The notes under the pieces are model-generated. The model worked only from the letters and a program-made list of their open reading frames with translations. It ran no database searches and was not told the origin of the DNA. The position numbers were made by a program, and so were the translations under genes. DNA of 64,000 nt, from contig CAZTEU010000001.1 in NCBI GenBank assembly GCA_964612105.1, positions 79,115 through 143,114 of the forward strand, read 5' to 3'. The first letter of the stretch is position 1, and the number at the start of each line of letters is the position of its first letter. Of the stretch, positions 10,126-20,376 are shown piece after piece. This DNA is from an uncultured Gammaproteobacteria bacterium (GTDB taxonomy: Bacteria; Patescibacteriota; Patescibacteriia; Magasanikbacterales; UBA922).

Positions 10126-11156
10126 AAATAAAAGCAATTAATGATGAGAAGGTGTGGGAGCGTTTTATAGCTGAGCAGTCAAACACTACATTCGTCCAAG
10201 CTCCTGCATATGGTGACTTCTATAAATCTATAGGTGAAAACTATTGGATTTTTGGTGTTTATGATAATGATCGTATTGTTGGTGGCTCACTTGTTGTTAG
10301 TGTACACGCAAGAAGAGGGGACTTTCTTTATCTTCCATATGGTCCTATATTAGACGATGATATTGATTTAACAAAGGTTGACGAAGCTTTAGATATTTTC
10401 TACAAATATCTTAAAGCATTTGCTGAAGATAGAAAGTATGATTTTATCAGAGTAAGTCCGTTTGTGGAAAATTCCAAACATCATATTGTTAGATATAGAA
10501 AGAATGGATTTAGATCTGCACCAATGCATATTTTAGCGGAGACAACTTGGATGTTAGATGTGAAAAAAAGTGAAGAGAAGTTACTTAGAGAAATGAAAAA
10601 GAACCACAGAAATTTAATTAATAGGTGTAAAAACGCTGGAGTAAAGATAGTAAAGAGTACAAATGCCCATGATCTTGCTAAACTAGATAAACTTCTTACT
10701 GAGACAGCGCATCGTCATAAATTCGTCAGATTTTCACAGGAATACATAGAAAAAGAATTTCAGTCTTTCTCAGATAATGATAATACAGCACTATTTCTTG
10801 CATATCTCCCAGATGGCACATTGGATTCAGCAGCTGTGATTATGTTTTATGCAAAAATGGCTGCATATCGCCACAGTGCATCAATTAATAGTGATAAGAG
10901 ACTACCAACATCATATCTACTACAGTGGGAGATTATAAAAGAGGTTAAAAGAAGGGGAATTAGTAAATACAATTTTTGGGGGATAGCACCAGATAATGCA
11001 AGCTCAAAACATCCTTTCTATGGTATTTCGCACTTTAAAAAAGGATTTGGTGGAGAAAAACAACAACTTATACATTGTCAGGACATGCCTTTAACAGCAA
11101 AATATTGGCTAAATTGGTCAATAGAAACCCTTAGACGACTAAAGAGGGGATTTTAA
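10119..11156 (+). CDS. FemAB-family peptidoglycan aminoacyl/peptidyl transferase (FemX/MurM-like)
   Basis: 345 aa with a FemAB-like two-GNAT-lobe pattern. Located between murF and ftsQ. Confidence 0.6.
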   Translation: MLKIKAINDEKVWERFIAEQSNTTFVQAPAYGDFYKSIGENYWIFGVYDNDRIVGGSLVVSVHARRGDFLYLPYGPILDDDIDLTKVDEALDIFYKYLKAFAEDRKYDFIRVSPFVENSKHHIVRYRKNGFRSAPMHILAETTWMLDVKKSEEKLLREMKKNHRNLINRCKNAGVKIVKSTNAHDLAKLDKLLTETAHRHKFVRFSQEYIEKEFQSFSDNDNTALFLAYLPDGTLDSAAVIMFYAKMAAYRHSASINSDKRLPTSYLLQWEIIKEVKRRGISKYNFWGIAPDNASSKHPFYGISHFKKGFGGEKQQLIHCQDMPLTAKYWLNWSIETLRRLKRGF

Positions 11157-11160
11157 ACAT

Positions 11161-12186
11161 ATGCGCAGGAGGAAGATACTAAATTTATATGCTCTAAGAC
11201 GTAAAATGACTCGTCGGATTTCTCGTGCAAAGAACCAGCTTTTCATGCCTGTGGTAGCAAGTAAGAGGCATAAAGATTATTCCTGGCACAGGTCAAAGAG
11301 TAATCCATATGTAAGAAAGGATTATAAATACATAAATAAAAAGAAGATTGAAATTGTGATTACTGCTATATGTATACTTACAACACTTTCTCTGCTTCTA
11401 TATCACAAAGCATTTCGTATAGATACAATAAATGTAGAAGGGCTTCGTAGACTTACACAACACGAGATTACAGAATCTGTGTATGCTTCACTCGCGTATA
11501 ATAAATTATACTTATTTCCAGCTAATAGTTATATTATGACTGATACCGCAAGTGTGATGGAAGTAATACAGCAAAAATTTCCAATTGAAAAAATTGAAGT
11601 AAAAAAATCATTTCCAAATACTCTTTCAATAGTCCTAGAGGAAAAGATATCAACTATTATATATGATAATGGAAAAGAGTATTCATACATTGGGCTGGAT
11701 GGTCGGGTTGTCGAAACACTACGAATGGTGGGGGAGGACGAATGGAAGATCACAAAAGAAATGGTAACATCCACAAAAGAAAATGGAGATTTATTTATGG
11801 AGGAAGTTGTTGTAGAAGAAAAACACACTCCACCAATAACACAGATTAAGACTGAGATGGGGGACTACCCCATAATATACAAGGACATGAAAAAGGAATT
11901 AGAAACAAACGATATTGTTATCAGTGACAATATTGCAAGTAGTATAATTGAATGGTTTAATTACTTCGAAAAGAAGACAGAAATTCCTTTTGGATATGCT
12001 GAGGTTACCAACGAAGTAGGGGACACAACACTTCACACGAGGGAGGGTTGGGATATTATAGTTAGGGCGGATAGTACTACAAAAGATCAGATTGAGCGTC
12101 TTGAGTCTGTCTTAAGAGAAAAGGTAGACAGAAGTAAAATTAATTATATAGATGTTAGATTCAAGGGTAGGGTATACTGGCAGTAA
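11161..12186 (+). CDS. ftsQ: Cell division protein FtsQ/DivIB (POTRA domain)
   Basis: Basic N-terminus, a single TM helix and a POTRA-like region (IDTINVEGL..LTQHEITESV). Position within the dcw-like cluster supports the call. Confidence 0.55.
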   Translation: MRRRKILNLYALRRKMTRRISRAKNQLFMPVVASKRHKDYSWHRSKSNPYVRKDYKYINKKKIEIVITAICILTTLSLLLYHKAFRIDTINVEGLRRLTQHEITESVYASLAYNKLYLFPANSYIMTDTASVMEVIQQKFPIEKIEVKKSFPNTLSIVLEEKISTIIYDNGKEYSYIGLDGRVVETLRMVGEDEWKITKEMVTSTKENGDLFMEEVVVEEKHTPPITQIKTEMGDYPIIYKDMKKELETNDIVISDNIASSIIEWFNYFEKKTEIPFGYAEVTNEVGDTTLHTREGWDIIVRADSTTKDQIERLESVLREKVDRSKINYIDVRFKGRVYWQ

Positions 12187-12542
12187 TATGTGTAGAAGGG
12201 AGTAGTGTTTTACAGGATAGAGGAGTGTCGCACAATGTACCTTATGCGACATCTATACTGTAGCTTTTGGTGTATTTAGTGTAAATTAGTATGTATTTAA
12301 CTATAGAAAATATATAATTAATTAATTTTCCTGCTGTATTATATATAATTATATTGATCATATCATGTCACAATATTTGGCTAACTTTAGCCCAAAAAAC
12401 GTCATTTTGCGACACTACAAAATGGCTGTTTAAAACACAGAGGTAGTACGTATCATCTTTTTATAATAAAAAAACACACGAGTATCTCATGTGCCCAGCG
12501 CGGGCTTAAAATATTAGAAAGATTGGTGAATATCTATCCAAA

Positions 12543-13793
12543 TTATAGATAATTAACAGGGTTTACTGGAATCCCATTTTTCCGAACCTCAAAATGCAGA
12601 TGTGGACCAGTAACAAATGGACCAGCACCAACAGTGTAAGGTGAGCCGCCAGAATATCCTATTGTGTCCCCTCTTGTTACAAATTGGCCTTCTGATACAG
12701 ATACTTTACTCAAATGCCCATATACAGTTGATAGTCCCCCAGAGTGTATTATCATAACGTAGCTATAACACCTCCATGATGAACAAACACGGGCTCTACC
12801 AATATACCCACTTGATGCAGCTCTTATTGGAGTCCCCTGCCCCGCTCGTATGTCTATAGCATTATGTTCAAAAATATGCCTGTATGGGTATTCCGGGTCG
12901 TGAAAATCTGCAGTTATATATTTACTTTGTGTTGGCCACGACAATACCGTTGAGTCATCATCAATATTATTAAACTTATCCTGATTTTTAAGTTTTTCTC
13001 TTACTTTCTTTTCAATTGATGATATTTCATACTCTATCGATTGATATTGGTTTTTTAAACTTTTTACTAGCGTCTGAAACTTTAGTTCGGAAGATTGAGC
13101 AGAAATTAGAAGATCTTGTTTTGCAAAAGTTTGTTCGTCTAGATCTTTAATTCTCTCTTCAAGTCTATCCTTCATATCTTTATATGAATCCTTCCTATCA
13201 TTTTTAGAGTCCCTTTTTTCCTCTAATTCTCCCTTGGATACTTTTAAGGCTTTTGCGCTCTTCCCCAAATCTCTTTCCATCATCTCAAGATGTTGTAATT
13301 GATTGTAAAATGAAGAAAAATTATCATATGCAGCCAGGACATATAACATATTCTTATTACCGTGTGTATATATGTTACGTATAAGTTCTGATAATATTTT
13401 CTGCTGTCTATCAATAGACTCAGCCTTGTCTTTAATTCCAATCTCTAAGGCTTCAATCTCCAGACTAAGGGTCTCTAATTTCTCGTTTGTGGCTTCAATA
13501 TCCAACTTTACTTCTGCAAGATGGTTATCAATTATTGCTATTTGATTTGTAAGAGAAACCGACTCTTTTCTTTTCTGCTGAATCTTATCTTTATACTCCT
13601 GTATTGATTTTTCTATTTTTTTAATCTTCTCCTTCCTTGCGGCAATTTCTTTGTTTAGCTCACTCACCTCTTCTGTGTTTCCACCTTGATTTTCCACACC
13701 AAAAACAACTGGAGATGGTCCAATTAGGAGTATAGCAATCATTAAAACACAAAATAAACTAAACCTTGTCCGCATATATCTACATTGTATCAT
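12543..13793 (-). CDS. M23-family peptidase with N-terminal coiled-coil (EnvC-like murein hydrolase/activator)
   Basis: Signal/TM at the N-terminus, a long coiled-coil, and a C-terminal M23 LytM domain (HxxxD...GPHLHFE). Confidence 0.75.
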   Translation of the reverse strand: MIQCRYMRTRFSLFCVLMIAILLIGPSPVVFGVENQGGNTEEVSELNKEIAARKEKIKKIEKSIQEYKDKIQQKRKESVSLTNQIAIIDNHLAEVKLDIEATNEKLETLSLEIEALEIGIKDKAESIDRQQKILSELIRNIYTHGNKNMLYVLAAYDNFSSFYNQLQHLEMMERDLGKSAKALKVSKGELEEKRDSKNDRKDSYKDMKDRLEERIKDLDEQTFAKQDLLISAQSSELKFQTLVKSLKNQYQSIEYEISSIEKKVREKLKNQDKFNNIDDDSTVLSWPTQSKYITADFHDPEYPYRHIFEHNAIDIRAGQGTPIRAASSGYIGRARVCSSWRCYSYVMIIHSGGLSTVYGHLSKVSVSEGQFVTRGDTIGYSGGSPYTVGAGPFVTGPHLHFEVRKNGIPVNPVNYL

Positions 13794-13814
13794 AAAATAA
13801 CCTCTTTGCAGAGG

Positions 13815-15311
13815 TTATAATAGTTTTATTGCTTCCTTTATTCTTTTAAGTGATTTGTCTTTACCTAAAACTGATAGAATTTCAAATGGACCAGGTGAGT
13901 TCTTTTTTCCAGACAGGGCTACCCTGGTTGGCCACAAAGTATTTCCAACTCCGTAGTCATTCTTCTTTATCCACAACATTATTGATTCTTCTAGTGCAGC
14001 AGAATTCCAACTTTTATCATCATATGTAGTCAAAAATTCTTCTATAAGACTCAGTATTTTTTTTGCCTCTTCCCTATCCCCTTTTTTCCATATAAGCAAT
14101 TCACTGGGGTACTCTAGACTATCTGCATACACGAATGCCAAATCCCTAGCAAAGTCCTGCAAAGTTGTAGCTCTTTCTTTTTCCAATAATATTACTTCGT
14201 CCAGCTCTTTCACAAATTGACTGTTCTCCATGCCAGCATCAGGAATTAGCCCTGCATTTACCATGTATGGTGCTACTAGTGAAGCCAGTGAACCTGTCTT
14301 CATTTGCCTTATATACTGCTGATTATACCAATTAAGCTTTTCGCGATTGAATACCGCGGCAGCTTTACCAACCTTTGAAATATCAAACTCCTCTATAAGC
14401 TCTTTTAACGAAAATATTTCCCTCTCGTCTCCAGGGTTCCATCCTAAAAACGAAATAAAATTTATTAAAGCATCTGGAAGATATCCTGCTTCTTTAAAAT
14501 CTTCTACTGATACATCACCATGTCTTTTGCTTAGCTTTTGCTTCTTCTCATTAACCAGTAAAGGAAGGTGGGCGTATACAGGCGGTTCCCAATCAAATGC
14601 CTTGTATAATTGGATGTGTTTAGGTGTTGAACTTATCCACTCCTCTCCCCTGACAACATGTGTGATTTCCATTAGATGATCGTCTACAACAACAGCAAGA
14701 TGATATGTTGGAAACCCGTCAGATTTTAGTAAGATCTGATCGTCCACCATTTCATTCTTAAACACAACTTCTCCTCTAACAAGATCGTTAAATTTAGTCT
14801 CCCCTTCTTTTGGCATCTTTAATCTTACAACGTAGTTGTTATCACTTACTCTCTTTTCTAAGTCTTCTTTTGGGATGGTGAATTGATTATTCATCCCCTC
14901 TCTATCATACAAAACTTGTTTCTTGGCAGTTTGCTGTGCTTCTCTCATTTTTTCTAATTCCTCAGGTGTATCAAATGCGTAGTATGCGTTTCCACTATCT
15001 ACTAGCTTAGTGACGTACTCTTTGTATATTTCTAGACGTTCAGATTGGATATAAGGGCCTTTCTTGCCATTCTGTGTGATCTTATCATCTTTTAGTGTTA
15101 CACCTTCATCAGGGCTAATTCCAGCCCACTGTAGGGCATGTAGGATGTTTTCTACAGCACCATCTACATATCTTTCCTTGTCTGTGTCTTCAATACGAAG
15201 AATAAGGTTTCCTCCTTCTTTTTTGGCAAGTAAGTATGCAAAAAGCGCGGTCCGCAGACTACCTACATGCAGAAATCCTGTTGGGCTTGGGGCAAATCTA
15301 GTTCTTATCAT
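13815..15311 (-). CDS. gltX: Glutamyl-tRNA synthetase
   Basis: HIGH-type motif (PSPTGFLHVGSLRTA) and KLSKR (KMSKS), with class I GluRS architecture. Confidence 0.9.
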   Translation of the reverse strand: MIRTRFAPSPTGFLHVGSLRTALFAYLLAKKEGGNLILRIEDTDKERYVDGAVENILHALQWAGISPDEGVTLKDDKITQNGKKGPYIQSERLEIYKEYVTKLVDSGNAYYAFDTPEELEKMREAQQTAKKQVLYDREGMNNQFTIPKEDLEKRVSDNNYVVRLKMPKEGETKFNDLVRGEVVFKNEMVDDQILLKSDGFPTYHLAVVVDDHLMEITHVVRGEEWISSTPKHIQLYKAFDWEPPVYAHLPLLVNEKKQKLSKRHGDVSVEDFKEAGYLPDALINFISFLGWNPGDEREIFSLKELIEEFDISKVGKAAAVFNREKLNWYNQQYIRQMKTGSLASLVAPYMVNAGLIPDAGMENSQFVKELDEVILLEKERATTLQDFARDLAFVYADSLEYPSELLIWKKGDREEAKKILSLIEEFLTTYDDKSWNSAALEESIMLWIKKNDYGVGNTLWPTRVALSGKKNSPGPFEILSVLGKDKSLKRIKEAIKLL

Positions 15312-15313
15312 AT

Positions 15314-16126
15314 TTATATATTTGCCAATACTATACCAACAGAAACAGCAAGATTCAAGGACTCTGCCCCTCCTTTGCCAGGAATTGTATATTTCTCACC
15401 AATCTTCTCTATCTCTTTTCTTAGTCCGTGTGACTCACTACCAAACATATATACAGTCTTGTTACTATTATTCATTTTGCTGATGTTCTCACCCTCCATT
15501 GCAAGTACACTCATATTATATTCTTCGTCCCTCAATTTATTAAGACTTTTAATGGCGTCGCTACTTCTAATTATTTTGACTCTAGAAATTGATCCCATCG
15601 TTGAGCGTACACATTTTTCATTATATGGATCTACAGAATCCTCGCTTAATAGTATATTCTCCACACCGAACCAATCTGCTGTCCTAATAATAGTACCAAG
15701 ATTTCCCGGGTCTTTTATGTTATCAAGGTATACAATTGGACTGTTATTTATAATATCTTCTTCTGTATATTCTGGCATTTCTACAATTGCCATAACTCCA
15801 GAGAAAGTCTCTGTTGCTTTTATCGAACCAATATCTTTCCTACCACAAAACTCAATTGGGACTCTTTTCTTCTCGGCGAGTTTTATTATGTGCTGGATAT
15901 CTTTCTCATCTCTTCTATTACCTTCTATTACAACAACCAGCACTGTTGCATCTTTTAGTGCTTCTTCTACCCCCTTTACACCTTCTACCAAGAACTCATT
16001 AAACTCGTAGCGGTATTTCTTTTGATGAAGTTTGGTTATCTGCTTTTTAATTTGGGGTTTTAACATAATATATCCATAAAAATTTAATAGTTGCTTTCCA
16101 TATCCTAGGAGCTCTCCAGGGTTCAC
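15314..16126 (-). CDS. SpoU/TrmH-family RNA 2'-O-methyltransferase
   Basis: SPOUT methyltransferase motifs. The 5' 80 nt overlap tagA; an alternative ATG at 16066 (MLKPQIK) reduces the overlap. Confidence 0.65.
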   Translation of the reverse strand: MNPGELLGYGKQLLNFYGYIMLKPQIKKQITKLHQKKYRYEFNEFLVEGVKGVEEALKDATVLVVVIEGNRRDEKDIQHIIKLAEKKRVPIEFCGRKDIGSIKATETFSGVMAIVEMPEYTEEDIINNSPIVYLDNIKDPGNLGTIIRTADWFGVENILLSEDSVDPYNEKCVRSTMGSISRVKIIRSSDAIKSLNKLRDEEYNMSVLAMEGENISKMNNSNKTVYMFGSESHGLRKEIEKIGEKYTIPGKGGAESLNLAVSVGIVLANI

Positions 16127-16832
16127 GTATTAGTCTCCAAAGCCATTCCAAGCCAAATCTTCTCATTATTTTAGGGGCCCTTTTTATTTTACCACTAATC
16201 ATATCAAAACTTCCACCAACTCCCATCATAACTTTGACAGATGGTAATTCTTTTATATATCTATTAATCCACTTCTCCTGTTTGTTATGTCCAAATCCTA
16301 CAAATATAATGTCTGGCGCTCTAGCTATTATATCGTCAATAATTAGATCATTATTATCTTCGCTGTGCGGGACTAGTTCACCATCAATTACTGACATGTT
16401 AGGTCCGATATTTGTACCAACGATGAAAAGACCTGGGTATATTTTGTTTAGATTATCTTTTGTATTCTCTATTACATCTTTATCTCCAGAGCCTAAAAGA
16501 TATACCCTCTTTTCCTCTTCCTGTGCAATTTTGCAGATATCTTGCATAAAATCTACACCTGAAATCTTGTTTAGCTTTCCAGAAGAAACGAACTCTAATC
16601 CCCTTCCGTCACATATATTAAGTGAGCCTAGATTTAGGGCATTAAGAAAAGAGTTGTCAATTTGTGCATCTACAAGCATTTCTGGATTAGGGGTGAATAT
16701 TGTATGCTGATCATTACTATTTAAAAAGTGGCGCACTTTTTCACGCGCCTCTCCCCTGTCGACCTCATCTATTCTTACTCCCATTATCTTCATATACTTA
16801 AAATATGTTATAATATAGCAAAATATTAGCAT
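16047..16832 (-). CDS. WecB/TagA/CpsF-family glycosyltransferase
   Basis: Family pattern (TPNPEM..., GxDFM). An alternative start at 16793 (MKIMGVRI) is possible. The annotated start codon lies inside the clpB promoter. Confidence 0.65.
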   Translation of the reverse strand: MLIFCYIITYFKYMKIMGVRIDEVDRGEAREKVRHFLNSNDQHTIFTPNPEMLVDAQIDNSFLNALNLGSLNICDGRGLEFVSSGKLNKISGVDFMQDICKIAQEEEKRVYLLGSGDKDVIENTKDNLNKIYPGLFIVGTNIGPNMSVIDGELVPHSEDNNDLIIDDIIARAPDIIFVGFGHNKQEKWINRYIKELPSVKVMMGVGGSFDMISGKIKRAPKIMRRFGLEWLWRLIREPWRAPRIWKATIKFLWIYYVKTPN

Positions 16833-16835
16833 ATC

Positions 16836-16863
16836 TTGACATAAAAATCCAGTATGTTATAGT
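16836..16863 (+). promoter_or_regulatory. Sigma70-like promoter of clpB (-35 TTGACA, 16-nt spacer, -10 TATAGT)
   Basis: TTGACA at 16836-41 and TATAGT at 16858-63, immediately upstream of CIRCE. Confidence 0.5.
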
Positions 16864-16864
16864 A

Positions 16865-16891
16865 TTATCACTCTCAGTACATGAGTGCTAA
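16865..16891 (+). promoter_or_regulatory. CIRCE inverted repeat (HrcA operator)
   Basis: TTATCACTC-N9-GAGTGCTAA against consensus TTAGCACTC-N9-GAGTGCTAA: the right arm is perfect, the left arm has one mismatch, and the spacer is exactly 9 nt. Confidence 0.75.
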
Positions 16892-16910
16892 TACTCCTAA
16901 ATACAGTGTC

Positions 16911-19547
16911 ATGGGACCTCAAAATTTTACACAAAAATCACAAGAAGCACTACAAAGAGCTGCTCAAATTAGTAATGAGAATGGACAGCCTCATATAGAG
17001 CCACCTCATCTATTTTTATCATTACTTTCACAAGATAATGGAGTTGTAATATCTGTACTAAAAAAGCTAAACATAGCTACCGCCCCACTTCGTACTCAAG
17101 TGCAACAGATGATATCCTCTTTGCCCAAACAATTTGGTCAAATGGGTAGTTTTGGGCAAATAATGATGGGACAGTCAATGATGTACATACTCCAAGTCGC
17201 ATCTCAGGAATCCAAAAGGATGGGAGACGACTATATTAGTGTAGAACACATGCTATTGGCATATTTAAAGAATAAAAACCCTATCAGTGACATGTTAACT
17301 CAAATGGGCATAAGGTATGACGATGTGCTAAAGGTTCTTGCACAGGTAAGAGGTCACCACAGAGTAGACTCACCTACCCCAGAAAGCAAGTACCAGTCGT
17401 TAGAGAAATATGGAAAAAACTTTACAGAACTTGCCAGAGAAGAGAAATTAGACCCAGTTATAGGTAGAGATGACGAGATTAGACGTGTGATGCAAGTTCT
17501 AACAAGAAGAACAAAAAACAATCCTGTACTTATTGGTGAACCAGGTGTTGGTAAAACAGCCATAGCTGAAGGTCTAGCTCAAAGAATTGTTAATGGAGAT
17601 GTTCCAGAGAGTCTTGATGGAAGAGAATTAATTGGTTTAGATGTTGGAGCCTTAGTTGCAGGTACAAAATTTCGTGGAGAGTTTGAAGAGAGATTTAAGG
17701 CTGTATTAAAAGAGGTTACAGAATCCTGTGGAGAAATTATATTATTTATTGACGAATTACACACAATCGTAGGTGCTGGCTCTTCAGAAGGAGCAATCGA
17801 TGCTAGTAACATGCTTAAACCTGCATTAGCGCGTGGTGAGCTACACACAATAGGAGCTACTACAATTAAAGAGTATCAAAAATACATTGAGAAAGACGCT
17901 GCTTTTGAGCGTCGTTTTCAGCCTATTTATATTAAGGAGCCAGGCTTAGATGATGCAACAGCAATTCTACGTGGAATAAAAGAAAAGTACGAAATTCATC
18001 ATGGTGTTAGAATAACGGACAAAGCAATTGTATCTGCTGTTGAGTTATCCGACAGATATATTACGGATAGGTACCTGCCAGATAAAGCAATTGACTTAAT
18101 AGACGAAGCTACTTCTGCTTTGCGTATGGAGATTGAGTCTATGCCTGATGATTTAGATAAAATGAAAAGAAAGATAATGAAGCTTGAAATTGAGATGGAA
18201 GCATTAAAAAAGGAGAAAGATAAGGAATCAAAAGATAGGTTAAATAAAATTAAAGAGCAACTAGAGAATATCCGCGAGGAGAGTAATGAGCTAGAGGTTC
18301 ACTGGAATACAGAGAAAGAAATAATTACAAAAATTCGTGAATCAAAGAAAGAAATTGACAAATTAAAACAAGATGCAGAAATATCAGAACGACAAGGTAA
18401 TTTACAAAAAGTAGCAGAAATTCGTTATGCACAAATTCCTGGAATTGAGATGCGCATAATAGAGGATGAGAAAATGTTAGATGAGGTTCAGGAAGGAAGA
18501 GCAATCCTTAAAGAAGAAGTAACAGAAGAAGACATAGCAGCGGTTGTAGCTAGATGGACAGGCATCCCTGTTTCAAAAATGTTGCAAGACGAATTAAGTA
18601 AACTAAACAAGATGGAAGATGACCTTGCTCATAGAGTAGTCGGTCAAGGTGAAGCTGTAAAGGCAGTCTCAAATGCAATCCGTAGATCAAGAGCTGGAGT
18701 TAGTGAAGAGAAAAGACCAATTGGCTCTTTTATATTTATGGGTCCTACAGGTGTTGGAAAGACAGAGTTAGCAAGAGCTCTTGCTGAGTTTATGTTTAAT
18801 GATGAGGAAGCTATTGTGCGTGTAGACATGAGTGAGTATATGGAAAAACATTCGGTAAGTAAGATGATGGGATCCGCGCCGGGCTATATAGGTTATGAAG
18901 AAGGTGGACAATTAACAGAAAAGATACGTAGACGACCATATTCTGTAGTGCTATTTGATGAAATCGAAAAAGCACATCCGGAAGTATTTAATGTTATGTT
19001 GCAAATATTAGAAGATGGACAATTAACTGATGCAAAAGGAAGGAAAGTCAATTTCAAAAATACAGTTATAATTATGACAAGCAATATTGCATCAGATATG
19101 ATAATGAAGTTAGGCAGAAAAGGAGAGTTTGGTTTTGAGGGAGAAAGGTCAAAAACACCAAAGGTAAAAGAAGAGAGAGTCAAGGAGAAAATTATGGAAT
19201 CATTACAAAATCACTTTAAGCCAGAATTCCTAAACCGTGTTGATGAAATAATAACATTCCACCCCCTGGGCGAAGAACAGATTAGGCTGATTGTAGACTT
19301 ACAGCTTGAGAGAATTAAAAAGAGACTTCAGAAGAAGAAAATTACTCTCGATATAAGCAAAAAAGCAAAAGATTGGTTAGGCAAAAAGGGTTATGATCCA
19401 GATATGGGTGCTAGACCACTAAAACGAGTTCTTCAAACAGAACTCTTGGACGAATTAGCCATAGAGATGATAGAAGAGAAGGTAAATAACGGAGATACTG
19501 TAAATGTTGACATAGAAAAAGATGAGGTAGTGGTTAGTAAAAAATAA
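16911..19547 (+). CDS. clpB: Chaperone ClpB (AAA+ disaggregase)
   Basis: Clp N domain, two Walker A boxes (GEPGVGKT and GPTGVGKT) and a coiled-coil middle domain. The ORF track starts at 16881, inside CIRCE; ATG at 16911 ([14 protein letters not shown], a typical ClpB N-terminus) is the more likely start. Confidence 0.9.
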   Translation: MGPQNFTQKSQEALQRAAQISNENGQPHIEPPHLFLSLLSQDNGVVISVLKKLNIATAPLRTQVQQMISSLPKQFGQMGSFGQIMMGQSMMYILQVASQESKRMGDDYISVEHMLLAYLKNKNPISDMLTQMGIRYDDVLKVLAQVRGHHRVDSPTPESKYQSLEKYGKNFTELAREEKLDPVIGRDDEIRRVMQVLTRRTKNNPVLIGEPGVGKTAIAEGLAQRIVNGDVPESLDGRELIGLDVGALVAGTKFRGEFEERFKAVLKEVTESCGEIILFIDELHTIVGAGSSEGAIDASNMLKPALARGELHTIGATTIKEYQKYIEKDAAFERRFQPIYIKEPGLDDATAILRGIKEKYEIHHGVRITDKAIVSAVELSDRYITDRYLPDKAIDLIDEATSALRMEIESMPDDLDKMKRKIMKLEIEMEALKKEKDKESKDRLNKIKEQLENIREESNELEVHWNTEKEIITKIRESKKEIDKLKQDAEISERQGNLQKVAEIRYAQIPGIEMRIIEDEKMLDEVQEGRAILKEEVTEEDIAAVVARWTGIPVSKMLQDELSKLNKMEDDLAHRVVGQGEAVKAVSNAIRRSRAGVSEEKRPIGSFIFMGPTGVGKTELARALAEFMFNDEEAIVRVDMSEYMEKHSVSKMMGSAPGYIGYEEGGQLTEKIRRRPYSVVLFDEIEKAHPEVFNVMLQILEDGQLTDAKGRKVNFKNTVIIMTSNIASDMIMKLGRKGEFGFEGERSKTPKVKEERVKEKIMESLQNHFKPEFLNRVDEIITFHPLGEEQIRLIVDLQLERIKKRLQKKKITLDISKKAKDWLGKKGYDPDMGARPLKRVLQTELLDELAIEMIEEKVNNGDTVNVDIEKDEVVVSKK

Positions 19548-19564
19548 AATGACACAATAAGCAA

Positions 19565-19589
19565 AAACAGCCCCATAGGGCTGTTTTTG
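19565..19589 (+). terminator. Rho-independent terminator after clpB
   Basis: aaaaacagcccc-atag-gggctgttttt. Confidence 0.75.
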
Positions 19590-19590
19590 C

Positions 19591-20019
19591 TTGACTGAAA
19601 TAATCTTTTATTATAACGTAGTTATGAGTTGGGAGGGTATCATGACCACAATCATGAGCGAGTCACCACCGCTTCGTAGTGGTGATACTAGAAAGAAGGA
19701 TAGGTTCAGAGATGCTGTGTTGGAGGCTGTTCACGGATGGACAGGTTTCAAAATCAGAGAACAAGGGAACAGAAGGCCCAGGGTGTATCAGAAAGACATT
19801 CTGGACCATCTAGGCGTCTTGATTGAGTGCGTTCAACCACTGGAGTTCAAGGGAGCTTGGATTTCAAAGAATGCGCGTCTTGTGAAGTTTGTATTCATTA
19901 ACCATTTCGCTGAGTGCTTCAAGTACACGATAGTTACCTGCGACCATGGTAAAGGAATAAGACTACTCAAGGTCATCAAAGCACGCGCTGAAGTATCTAA
20001 GGGGCAGAAGAAGGGATAA
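19591..20019 (+). CDS. Hypothetical protein (GC-rich, compositionally atypical ORF)
   Basis: 142-aa ORF whose GC content is visibly higher than its flanks. No recognisable motifs. Start ambiguous (ATG at 19591, 19624 or 19645). Confidence 0.35.
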   Translation: MTEIIFYYNVVMSWEGIMTTIMSESPPLRSGDTRKKDRFRDAVLEAVHGWTGFKIREQGNRRPRVYQKDILDHLGVLIECVQPLEFKGAWISKNARLVKFVFINHFAECFKYTIVTCDHGKGIRLLKVIKARAEVSKGQKKG

Positions 20020-20055
20020 TGACGGCGCTGCCTTATGGCACGTCGTCACTCCTAA

Positions 20056-20376
20056 TTATTCCGGAAAGATTTGATTACCTTCCTCGTCATAAAGAATTAC
20101 AGCAAGGGTTGGACATGACTGAGCAGCCAGAAGAATAGTATCTTCATCTTCGCTATCTGGATCAACAACATATGCAAGATTCTCCTCATCCATTTGGAAA
20201 ACTCCAGGAGCAGTAACCACACATGACTGGGCACCTATACATCCTTGCCTATCAACAACAATTCGGCGGATTTTACCGCCTTTTCTTATACCTTGAGATA
20301 GTTCTTCAGGTAGGTTTTCCGGTATCTTTACATCCGGGAATGCTTTGTTTAATTGTTCATTAATTTCATTATTCAT
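20056..20376 (-). CDS. Small single-cluster 4Fe-4S ferredoxin
   Basis: CIGAQSC....C..P cysteine pattern. The start is chosen at the internal ATG (MNNEINEQ) abutting the upstream stop. Confidence 0.55.
   Translation of the reverse strand: MNNEINEQLNKAFPDVKIPENLPEELSQGIRKGGKIRRIVVDRQGCIGAQSCVVTAPGVFQMDEENLAYVVDPDSEDEDTILLAAQSCPTLAVILYDEEGNQIFPE

Noticed and set aside
16881-16910. First 10 codons of the clpB ORF ([10 protein letters not shown])
   Set aside because: The ATG lies inside the right arm of the CIRCE palindrome; the downstream ATG gives a canonical ClpB N-terminus.
20020-20055. Possible terminator hairpin after the GC-rich ORF (gacggcgctgcc-ttat-ggcacgtcgtcac)
   Set aside because: The stem is imperfect and lacks a T-run; it is noted only as part of the GC-rich insert.
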